Shown: piece by piece, positions 1 to 7,236 of the stretch
Layout: every line of letters begins with the position of its first letter
Numbering within the stretch: the stretch's first letter is position 1
Assembly: GCA_041640075.1 (NCBI GenBank)
Contig: JBEQAY010000026.1
Location: 1 to 15,525 of the forward strand
DNA length: 15,525 bases
Direction of reading: 5' to 3'
DNA from: Candidatus Nanohaloarchaea archaeon
GTDB lineage: Archaea; Nanohalarchaeota; Nanosalinia; Nanosalinales; Nanosalinaceae
Made by a program: the position numbers and the translations under genes
Notes under the pieces: model-generated
What the model was told of the DNA's origin: nothing
The model's database searches: none
Seen by the model: the letters and a program-made list of their open reading frames with translations, nothing else

Positions 1-511
1 TGATCTCCGCTCTGCTCTTAGCTCCCATCGCGATACGTGACTTGGTATCAGAGAGATCCACGGAAAGATTTTCTCTTACATCGTCGATGCCACGTGCCCA
101 CTCCATCCTTTCCGGATCATTGGACACAAGCGCATGGTAACGGCCTTCATGTTCTATTGAGAAGACTTCCTGTTTCTCGTATGTTCTCTGAAGCCACTCC
201 AGGAAGTGTGGGTAGCTGCCTACCAGTCTAGTATATTTTTCTTTAAGCTCTTCCAGCGACAGATCAGAGTTCCAGATATCCATCTCCTGGACCTTGAACT
301 TGTAGTGGTCGCCCGAAGAAGTCTCCATGTGTGCGATGTTTGAGAACTCGTTCAACGTCTCATCATCAGGATCACTGAGTATAATTTCACGCTGAGGCTC
401 GAAAAATACCACGTCGTTACCTGACTCCTCCTTCATCAGGTCTATCAGTTCATCTTTTGAAAGCTCTTCAAGTTCTTCTCTTGACATCTCATCAATTTTG
501 TCGTCCGCCAT
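1..511 (-). CDS. 5' portion (170 aa, runs off the window) of a probable XPB/Rad25-family DEAD/DEAH helicase
   Basis: Not in the ORF track. Hand translation from ATG at 511 is open to base 1: MADDKIDEMSREELEELSKDELIDLMKEESGNDVVFFEPQREIILSDPDDETLNEFSNIAHMETSSGDHYKFKVQEMDIWNS...FLEWLQRTYEKQEVF...LSDTKSRIAMGAKSRAEI. This resembles the N-terminal region of haloarchaeal Rad25/XPB-like helicases as recalled (VVFPxxREIVVDxP...AHL...EDIW...ISDTE). The helicase motifs would lie outside the window. Confidence 0.65.
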   Translation of the reverse strand, partial: MADDKIDEMSREELEELSKDELIDLMKEESGNDVVFFEPQREIILSDPDDETLNEFSNIAHMETSSGDHYKFKVQEMDIWNSDLSLEELKEKYTRLVGSYPHFLEWLQRTYEKQEVFSIEHEGRYHALVSNDPERMEWARGIDDVRENLSVDLSDTKSRIAMGAKSRAEI

Positions 512-600
512 GCCTCTACGGTATGTAGGGAAAATCTTTTATCTATGATCATCCCTCTCAAAACACCCCACCACAGAACTTTTACAGCCGAGAAAACAGG

Positions 601-608
601 TTTAATAG
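601..608 (+). promoter_or_regulatory. Putative archaeal TATA box for the PP2C-METTL5-rpoL operon
   Basis: TTTAATAG starts 30 nt before ATG 631 and is preceded by purine-rich GAGAAAACAGG (BRE-like). No SD motif is present, consistent with a leaderless mRNA. Confidence 0.5.
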
Positions 609-630
609 GTTCAAACAAGCAAAACCTGGT

Positions 631-1524
631 ATGAGTAATGTAGAAATCTCCGGTACAACCGATCCTGGTGAAACAACTGACGAGGAAACGAACGAGGACT
701 ATCTCTGGACCAGCAAAGAACACAGAGCAGCCCTGATACTGGATGGAACCTCCGGAACAAGAGCTGATTTCGGGGCAGAAAACGGAAAACCTGGTGGAAG
801 AAACTATGTCGAAAAATTCACGGAAAACGTGGAAAAAACTCTCAGGGAGACTCCTGAAGCCGACATCGAAGGAATACTGGGAACTGCAGTCTCAAAGACC
901 TGGGATGACTTCCAGGAAATCGGTTCAAAAAAACGAGATAGCTATTTTTCCGGAGAAAAAACAGCTTATCCGACCTCAGAGACAGTCCCAGGAGCAGTCG
1001 GATGCATGGTCAGGTGGAGCGATGAAGAAGTGGAAATCGTACACGTCGGCGACGTAGAGACATACATAGTGAAAGAAAAAGATACAGATTTTTTCTGCAA
1101 CAGAATCCATCAGAAGTTCGATAAGATCTATGAAGATAAAATAAAGGAGCTGCGAGAAAACGGCGTGGAAAAACCTTCTGAACACGAAGAAGTACGTGAA
1201 CTGGTGAACAGACACCGCTCCGCATCCAACATGCCCGGTACCTATCCACAGTTCCAGTTCAATCCTCTTGTAATCGAAAAACAGGGCTTAAGAAAAAAAT
1301 ACGATCGGAAAAATGTTGAAAAAATAATAATGGGGACAGACGGTGCCACAGCACGGATGCGGAAACTTTTCGACCTGGAAAAAGATGATATACCAGGTTT
1401 CATCGAGGAAACAGGAGTAAAGCAGGCTGTGGAAGACCTGCGGAGTAAAGAAGACAGTCAAAATCTTGATACACTGAAAAACAGCGACGACGCAGCCCTG
1501 GCGTTAATCAAATTTACAAAGTGA
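631..1524 (+). CDS. PP2C/PPM-family protein phosphatase-like protein
   Basis: PPM metal-binding motifs occur in the correct order: NEDY, LILDGTSG, HVGDV, MGTDG and SDDAA near the C-terminus. Confidence 0.8.
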   Translation: MSNVEISGTTDPGETTDEETNEDYLWTSKEHRAALILDGTSGTRADFGAENGKPGGRNYVEKFTENVEKTLRETPEADIEGILGTAVSKTWDDFQEIGSKKRDSYFSGEKTAYPTSETVPGAVGCMVRWSDEEVEIVHVGDVETYIVKEKDTDFFCNRIHQKFDKIYEDKIKELRENGVEKPSEHEEVRELVNRHRSASNMPGTYPQFQFNPLVIEKQGLRKKYDRKNVEKIIMGTDGATARMRKLFDLEKDDIPGFIEETGVKQAVEDLRSKEDSQNLDTLKNSDDAALALIKFTK

Positions 1525-2129
1525 ATTCAGAGATGAAGTCAGAGCTGAAGAGAAAACTTTCCCAGGTAAAGGATTTTGAAAACCCGAGAATATCACTGGA
1601 GCAGTACGTTACACCTCCGGCCCTGGCAGCAGACCTCATCTTTACAGCCTACATGAACCAGGATCTGGAGGGAAAAGTTCTTGATCTAGGTACGGGTACA
1701 GGGATCTTCGCTATAGGTGCTGCTTTGACGGGTGCAGAGGTTACAGCTGTTGAGAAAGATGCAGAAGCACTTGAAATAGCAAGAGAGAACGCTGAAGAAA
1801 TAGGTGTAATTGATAATATAGATTTTGCGGAGAAAGATGTCAGCGAAGTCACAGGTGATTATGAAACTGTTTTGATGAACCCTCCGTTTTCCCAGCACTC
1901 AGAGGAAGGTTTGAAGTTCTGGGCGAAGGCGAAAGAGCTGGGTGAGAAGGTTTATGCAGTTTCTCCCAGCACAGGTCGTGAAGGTATTAAAAGTTTCATC
2001 GACTCTTCAAGTCATAGGGTCGTTGAGCTGGAGGAGTTCAAAGTTGATCTTCCCGCGACTTACGGTTTTCACACGCAGGAAAGCCGGGAGACCAGTATCG
2101 ACCTGATAATAACGGAGGCTAAAAAATAA
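1521..2129 (+). CDS. METTL5-family RNA N6-adenine methyltransferase
   Basis: LEQYVTP signature, SAM motif VLDLGTGTG and catalytic NPPF. GTGA overlap with the upstream gene; ATG 1533 is an alternative start. Confidence 0.9.
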   Translation: MNSEMKSELKRKLSQVKDFENPRISLEQYVTPPALAADLIFTAYMNQDLEGKVLDLGTGTGIFAIGAALTGAEVTAVEKDAEALEIARENAEEIGVIDNIDFAEKDVSEVTGDYETVLMNPPFSQHSEEGLKFWAKAKELGEKVYAVSPSTGREGIKSFIDSSSHRVVELEEFKVDLPATYGFHTQESRETSIDLIITEAKK

Positions 2130-2374
2130 TGATGGATATCGAAGCATTTGATAAAGAGGACAGGATGATCCTGGACATGAAGCAAAACCACTCTCTAGCA
2201 AACCTGATCAGGAAGATGGTCTGGGAGAACGGTGGAGAAGCAGGATACGACAAAGGACACCCACTTGGAGACGAATCCAACCTGGTAATCAAGTCAGACA
2301 ACCCTCAGGAAGTTCTTGAGGACGCAGTCGACTCAGCCCGGGATAGATTCGAGGAACTCCAGGGCGCACTCTAA
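2129..2374 (+). CDS. rpoL: DNA-directed RNA polymerase subunit L (Rpo11)
   Basis: HSLANLIR and AGYDKGHPL motifs, 81 aa, conserved position after METTL5 (TAATG overlap). Confidence 0.9.
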   Translation: MMDIEAFDKEDRMILDMKQNHSLANLIRKMVWENGGEAGYDKGHPLGDESNLVIKSDNPQEVLEDAVDSARDRFEELQGAL

Positions 2375-2394
2375 CAGATTTTTTCTCTTACCTT

Positions 2395-2928
2395 ATGAAG
2401 CCCGGAACAAGATTTCTCGGGATAGATGACTCTTCTCACGACAAATTCAACGACGAAACAGCCTTTCTCACAGGTGTCACTTACAGAGGCACAGAGTTCA
2501 TAGAAGACATTAGAAAAACAGAAGTAGAGATTGACGGCGGAGACGCTACCGAAAAAATCCTTGAACTCTACAGAACTGCAGAAGCCTCCGAGATCGGCTA
2601 CATACTTCTGGACGGCATCAACTTCGCAGGCCTGAACATCGTCGACCTGGAAGAAATCCATGATGAAACCGGAAAATCTGTGATCGCAGTCACAAGAAAC
2701 AAGCCGGACCGGGAAAAATTCTACGAGGCGCTGGAGATAGTCGGCAACGAGGACGGTTTCTGGGAACTCGAAGACCCTGTAAAACTGGAATTAAAGGATG
2801 GTGAAGTTTTCCTGCAGTTCGCCGGCTGCAGCAAGTCGGAGGCGAAAGAGGCGATAGAAAAATCTACTATCCATGGTTTAACCCCGGAACCGGTCCGGGT
2901 GGCTCACATCATCGGGAAAATCCTCTGA
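2395..2928 (+). CDS. DUF99 (UPF0215) family, endonuclease V-like protein
   Basis: RFLGIDDS, DGGDAT, ILLDGINFAGLNIVD and PEPVRVAH motifs; typical rpoL/tfs neighbourhood. Confidence 0.88.
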   Translation: MKPGTRFLGIDDSSHDKFNDETAFLTGVTYRGTEFIEDIRKTEVEIDGGDATEKILELYRTAEASEIGYILLDGINFAGLNIVDLEEIHDETGKSVIAVTRNKPDREKFYEALEIVGNEDGFWELEDPVKLELKDGEVFLQFAGCSKSEAKEAIEKSTIHGLTPEPVRVAHIIGKIL

Positions 2929-2954
2929 TTTAAAACAGACCGGATTCAATTTTT

Positions 2955-3731
2955 GTGACAGAGCCAATGAATCTACAGGACGTCAGAGAGTTTGTTGATG
3001 AGAACCGGTTTTTGGATGAGACGTATTTTTTGTTGCTTTCAGTGGTTCTGGCGTTTGGGATGTTGCAGACGCTGGGAACCGGTTTAGGTACTGAGAAGCC
3101 GGTGGTTACTGTTATTTCGACTTCCATGTGTCCTGCGCTTCATGTTGGTGATATTCTTCTGGTCAACGGTGCGAGTTTCGAATCTGTGGAGGAGGAAGAT
3201 GTAATCGTGTATGATGTTCCGAATCAGGTGGATTTCAGTGTTAATGATGTCGAGTACAGGTTAAGAGCCAATGACTCTGTTTCTACACCTTCTGTTTCGA
3301 CAGGTATCGGTGAGGTGGAGCTTTTGGATGTAAGGCCGGCCCGTGATCGTTCAAGAGATCGCGTAAGACTGAGTGTCGAAGATGAGGCTGTGGATATCGG
3401 TGGTTCTGGTGGTTGGCTGGTTGAAGGTGAGTCCTACCAGATTGGTAACGGCACTTTGAGTGTTGATTATGCTACCTCTCTGCCTTTTGACGGTGTTCCT
3501 ATAGTTCACAGGGTTGTAGAGAAGCGTGATGATTCTCTGGAGACTTTAGGTGATAATAATCCTCAGCAGATCGAGTTTGAGCGCAATATTCGTCCTGACC
3601 AGATTCAGGGCACCGTTTTCCTTAGGATTCCTCGTATAGGTCTTGTGAAGATTCTGGCGATGGATTTCCTTGGGCTGAGCGGTGATCAACCATTCGTTTT
3701 CGATAATACGCCGACCTGTGGAGGAAGTTAA
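2955..3731 (+). CDS. sec11: Signal peptidase I (archaeal/ER-type, S26) with an internal insertion
   Basis: N-terminal TM helix, VISTSMCP (catalytic Ser), GDILLV, DVIVY, PIVHRV (catalytic His), TLGDNN and RIPRIG. Start is GTG 2955 or ATG 2967. Confidence 0.88.
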   Translation: MTEPMNLQDVREFVDENRFLDETYFLLLSVVLAFGMLQTLGTGLGTEKPVVTVISTSMCPALHVGDILLVNGASFESVEEEDVIVYDVPNQVDFSVNDVEYRLRANDSVSTPSVSTGIGEVELLDVRPARDRSRDRVRLSVEDEAVDIGGSGGWLVEGESYQIGNGTLSVDYATSLPFDGVPIVHRVVEKRDDSLETLGDNNPQQIEFERNIRPDQIQGTVFLRIPRIGLVKILAMDFLGLSGDQPFVFDNTPTCGGS

Positions 3732-3766
3732 CCAATATAAAGATAAGGTAGGTATGATTCATACCC

Positions 3767-4117
3767 ATGGAGTTTTGCAAAGACGAAGAATGCGGCGGAC
3801 TTTTAGTGTCTGAAAAAGTAGAAGGAGAATCAGTAATGAAGTGCCGTGACTGTGGAACAGTTCACGACGTCGACGGCAGTTACAGAGTCACTGAAGAGAA
3901 AGAAGAAGACCCCATGGATCGTTTAAACGTCAACGACGACATGGACGAGGAATCCACACGACCAACCACTAACAAGGAATGTCCTAACTGTTCTGAAGAC
4001 TCAGATGATGAGAAAGAGCATGAATGGTGGATGGAGCAGACACGTTCAAGTGACGAGCCACCTACAAGATTCTACAAGTGCCGTAAATGTGGAAACGTCC
4101 ATAAAGAATACGATTAA
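3767..4117 (+). CDS. tfs: Transcription factor S (TFS/RpoM family)
   Basis: Two zinc ribbons (CKDEEC...CRDC and CPNC...CRKC) plus the QTRSSDEPPTRFYKC signature with the acidic DE pair. Confidence 0.93.
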   Translation: MEFCKDEECGGLLVSEKVEGESVMKCRDCGTVHDVDGSYRVTEEKEEDPMDRLNVNDDMDEESTRPTTNKECPNCSEDSDDEKEHEWWMEQTRSSDEPPTRFYKCRKCGNVHKEYD

Positions 4118-4145
4118 GGCCTAGAGTATATTTTACGGTTTAATT

Positions 4146-4754
4146 TTAATCCACTCGATCGGCAAACTGCTTGATGGAGCTTCTCAGATCCTTTAGTTCT
4201 TCTTCAACGTCTTCAGTTCTCTCTTGGAAGTCTCTTTCTTCTTCCGCACCTTTTATTTGGCCGTGGTTTTCGATGTTTTCCAGTTCTCCCTTGATCTCCT
4301 CTGTTTCCTGGATTTTGTCCTCATGTTCCTGAAGCTTTTTTTCCAGCCTGGTCTGTTTTTTCCCCATTTGAAGTACTTTTTGCTCGAGCTTGTTGTTCCT
4401 TTCATAGGTTTTCTTCAGGGTTCTCTGCATACTCCTCAAAGTGTCTACGAGCTCGGAGTTCAGGTCTTCTACATCTTGCAGTTTCTTGGCGTTCTTTTCT
4501 TGATCCTCGGATAGCTGAACGAAGAACCTCCGAAGCTGCTGGAGATCGACTTCTTCCTGATCTTCCGGTGTTTCCAGCATCTGTGTAAGCTGCTGCTGGG
4601 AGACAAAGTTCTGCTGTACGTTCTGCATTTGGTTTCCTATATCCTGGACGGCGTTATCCACCGCGTTAAGATGTGATTCAAGATTGTTTAGGCGTTCAGC
4701 TATTGATTCCAGGCCTTCCGCGGCTTTTTCACCCTCCATCCCTAGAAGATCCAT
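4146..4754 (-). CDS. Hypothetical coiled-coil protein
   Basis: 202 aa, rich in E/Q/K/L heptads throughout, no TM segment and no recognisable motif. ATG 4739 is a possible alternative start. Confidence 0.75.
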   Translation of the reverse strand: MDLLGMEGEKAAEGLESIAERLNNLESHLNAVDNAVQDIGNQMQNVQQNFVSQQQLTQMLETPEDQEEVDLQQLRRFFVQLSEDQEKNAKKLQDVEDLNSELVDTLRSMQRTLKKTYERNNKLEQKVLQMGKKQTRLEKKLQEHEDKIQETEEIKGELENIENHGQIKGAEEERDFQERTEDVEEELKDLRSSIKQFADRVD

Positions 4755-4800
4755 GGATTAAGTTTTCCTCTCCACCTATTTGAAGCTTAATGTGACCCGG

Positions 4801-5010
4801 TCAGGCTTCTCCGTCTCCGGAACCTTCAGACTGGTTTCGAATCGCAAGTTCCACGCCGAAGACAAACATGATTATTCCAAGTACAACAGAACTCATACCT
4901 GCTGCAGCTGGCAGATTCATCGCCGAGTACATTAAAACTGTGAAAATTACAAGTAGAAACCCTAAAAATCCAGTCAAGCGTCCTGCCCTGTGCTTATCTT
5001 CTCTTTCCAC
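4801..5010 (-). CDS. Small two-TM membrane protein (paralog A)
   Basis: 69 aa, GTG start directly preceded by GAGGT, two hydrophobic segments, ends GVELAIRNQ plus a short acidic tail. Confidence 0.75.
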   Translation of the reverse strand: MEREDKHRAGRLTGFLGFLLVIFTVLMYSAMNLPAAAGMSSVVLGIIMFVFGVELAIRNQSEGSGDGEA

Positions 5011-5041
5011 ACCTCAATTTTATTTTCACAGTTGAAGTAAA

Positions 5042-5065
5042 TTCCCTGCACTCAGAAACAGGGAA
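5042..5065. repeat. Short inverted repeat between the two membrane-protein paralogs
   Basis: TTCCCTG (5042-5048), 10-nt loop, CAGGGAA (5059-5065). It is next to an A-run that reads as an oligo-T just after the paralog B stop on the minus strand. Confidence 0.4.
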
Positions 5066-5074
5066 AAAACTAGT

Positions 5075-5278
5075 TCAAGGGAAATGTTCTTCATGTCTCT
5101 GATTCCTGAGAGCAAGTTCAGCGCCCACTCCAAACATGACTACTCCGAAAATCACTACGAAGAGCACTAACTGTGTGTCGAACCAAAGAAATGATCCGAA
5201 GAGACCTCCTATGACTACTGTTGCTGCTCCCAGTATGGTCATCCAGTAGCCGATGTCATGCTTTACCTGTCTCTCCAC
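5075..5278 (-). CDS. Small two-TM membrane protein (paralog B), start revised
   Basis: The ORF track gives 5075..5419, but that extension overlaps the RPA gene and its promoter. GTG at 5278 gives 67 aa, MERQVKHDIG...GAELALRNQ, which is colinear with paralog A (MEREDKHRAG...GVELAIRNQ). Confidence 0.75.
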   Translation of the reverse strand: MERQVKHDIGYWMTILGAATVVIGGLFGSFLWFDTQLVLFVVIFGVVMFGVGAELALRNQRHEEHFP

Positions 5279-5329
5279 AACGGTTTTTTGGAGCCGCTGG
5301 AATAAAAACATCGTCGTGCCAGAGTTACA

Positions 5330-5358
5330 GTTAAAACATTTGCAACCAGTTTTAACGT
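5330..5358 (+). promoter_or_regulatory. Putative promoter of the RPA-PCNA operon
   Basis: GTTAAAAC starts 29 nt before ATG 5359, and TTAACGT lies immediately before the ATG. Confidence 0.5.
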
Positions 5359-5685
5359 ATGCCTGAAAACCAGAGAAGAGCTCCAGCAAGGCCGAAAAAT
5401 ATTGAAGAAATCGATCCAAAAGATGATATCCGTGTAAGAGTTATCGGGACAGTACTTTCAGTTGAAGACGACTCGATCTCACTCGACGACGGAACCGGAA
5501 CAGTAGAGATATTTCTTGAAGAAGAGAAGATGGAGGATCTTGAAGAGAACCAGCGCATCAGAGTCCTTGGACGCGTACTTCCGACACCGGACAGTTTCGA
5601 GATCCAGGGCGAGATAGTGCAGGATTTCTCCGATGTAGACCCGGAGCTCTACAGCAGGGTTAAAAAAGTTGTATCCACTACTTGA
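5359..5685 (+). CDS. Replication protein A small subunit (RPA14/Rpa3-like single OB fold)
   Basis: RRAPA...RVRVIGTV...LDDGTG...RVLGRV...EIVQDFSDVD matches the recalled pattern of Thermococcales RPA14; 108 aa. Confidence 0.75.
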   Translation: MPENQRRAPARPKNIEEIDPKDDIRVRVIGTVLSVEDDSISLDDGTGTVEIFLEEEKMEDLEENQRIRVLGRVLPTPDSFEIQGEIVQDFSDVDPELYSRVKKVVSTT

Positions 5686-5700
5686 TAACAAAGGTGAATC

Positions 5701-6456
5701 GTGTTGTTCAAAGCTGAACTAGAAGAAGTCGGACTACTCAAGGATTCCATGAAAACCATTTCAGACCTAATTTCAGAAGGACTTTTCCAGTTGAAAGACG
5801 ATGGAATCCATCTCATCGCGGCAGATCCAGCGATGGTCGGACTTGTCGACTTCAAACTTGAAGAAGAAGTTTTCGAGAACTACGAACTTGACGAGGAAAC
5901 CAAGGTAGGACTCAACCTGGAAAACTTTTACTCAATCCTCAGAAGAGCGAACAGCGACGACACGATCACACTAGAACTGGACGAAGATAACTCCCAGTTC
6001 AAGATAATAATGGAAGGCATGAGCACCAGAAACTTCTCACTGCCAATCCTCAACCTTTCAGAGGACGACATCCCAAGCACAGACCAGCTCGACTTCTCAG
6101 TAGAGGCAGAACTCGAGACTTCCGTACTTGAAGGAGCAATAAAGGATGCAATGGTCGTATCCGACTCAGTTACGATTTCAGCTGACTCTGAAAACATCAA
6201 TATAATCTCAGAGGGAGATCAATCGAATGTCAACTTCCAGATCTCAGGAGACTCCGACGGAGTCATCGAACTCGAGGGAGACGAAGCCAAGTCCATGTTC
6301 AGCCTTGACTACCTGAACAAGATGATCGGGGCAAAAAGTCTGTCCGACACAGTAGCAGTAAAGCTTGGAGAAGACTTCCCGATGAGACTGGAATTCATAG
6401 TACCAGATAAAGCCGATCTAAGCTTTGTACTGGCACCTCGAATCGAAGAGGATTAA
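5701..6456 (+). CDS. pcn: DNA polymerase sliding clamp PCNA
   Basis: FKAE, ADPAMVGLVD, FSLDYL, DFPMRL and LAPRIEED motifs. SD AGGTGA at 5692-5697 favours TTG 5704 (MFKAE) as the real start. Confidence 0.97.
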   Translation: MLFKAELEEVGLLKDSMKTISDLISEGLFQLKDDGIHLIAADPAMVGLVDFKLEEEVFENYELDEETKVGLNLENFYSILRRANSDDTITLELDEDNSQFKIIMEGMSTRNFSLPILNLSEDDIPSTDQLDFSVEAELETSVLEGAIKDAMVVSDSVTISADSENINIISEGDQSNVNFQISGDSDGVIELEGDEAKSMFSLDYLNKMIGAKSLSDTVAVKLGEDFPMRLEFIVPDKADLSFVLAPRIEED

Positions 6457-6474
6457 TAACGGAGGACTGAGAAA

Positions 6475-7236
6475 TTGTCCGCAGATTCTTCACCTTTTAT
6501 CTCTATCAACTATGAAGGAGAGGAATTTCCAGACGCCCATGAACATAGCCAGATGGGGTATGACCCGGACAGAGTATTTCTTTCAGAGGTTCGGAAGAAT
6601 AACAGAATGCAAGAAGGCCTCAGTATAGAGGCAGATGGCCTTCAGGAATTTTTCTCACAGATAGGCGATGTGGAACTTACTTTCCGCTATCAGAATGGAA
6701 GAGCCACGCGGAAAAGGCTTGAAGCGGAAGAGGAAGATGAGGAAATAAACGAGTTCTTGACTGCTCCAGCCTACAGCTTTGAATCATGTGAGGCTGAACT
6801 CGATCCTAACGAAGAGTGGATGGAATGGCTGGATTCAGTCCATGGACCTGTCTCAGAGTACGGAATAGAACAGATACAGCTTGAGACAGCAGGTAGTCCA
6901 TACCATGACATTGAAAGCCTGGAAGAAGGACTTCAGAAGAAAGACCTGACAGTGGTTCCTGATATACAGGGTGTTGCCGGTATAACTTACAGCTGGAGGG
7001 ATGAAACCGCTGAGATTGAGTTCTACAGCGACACATACCTGCTCGAGGATATGCCTCCGATGCGAGGTCTTATGGATCTGCACAGAGATCACCAGCAGAG
7101 AACCGTCAGGTACGGAGTGGATCACGAGGATATATTCAATCTTCAGGAAGAGCTTGAGGAAAACCTGGAGGAAGTTGAAATCACGCAGCTTCCCCAAAGA
7201 ATTATGCCTCCTGAGATAGAAAAACATATTCAATGA
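6475..7236 (+). CDS. Hypothetical acidic protein
   Basis: 253-aa open frame with host-like acidic composition. GGAGG at 6461-6465 precedes a TTG start, and the stop overlaps the Nudix start (ATGA). No family recognised. Confidence 0.75.
   Translation: MSADSSPFISINYEGEEFPDAHEHSQMGYDPDRVFLSEVRKNNRMQEGLSIEADGLQEFFSQIGDVELTFRYQNGRATRKRLEAEEEDEEINEFLTAPAYSFESCEAELDPNEEWMEWLDSVHGPVSEYGIEQIQLETAGSPYHDIESLEEGLQKKDLTVVPDIQGVAGITYSWRDETAEIEFYSDTYLLEDMPPMRGLMDLHRDHQQRTVRYGVDHEDIFNLQEELEENLEEVEITQLPQRIMPPEIEKHIQ

Noticed and set aside
3219..3491. Signal peptidase insert as an intein or intron
   Set aside because: It lacks a C/S start and HN-[C/S/T] end, has no splicing motifs, and is an in-frame, domain-like sequence.
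5279..5419. Longer 114-aa version of membrane protein B with a CKCFNC motif
   Set aside because: It overlaps the RPA gene and its promoter on the opposite strand. Paralog alignment places the start at GTG 5278, so the Cys motif is likely fortuitous.
6628..6654. PIP-box-like LxxFF motifs in proteins near PCNA (LQEFF in the orphan, LRRFF in the coiled-coil protein)
   Set aside because: The position-1 Gln is missing and both motifs are internal rather than terminal; too weak to support a PCNA interaction.
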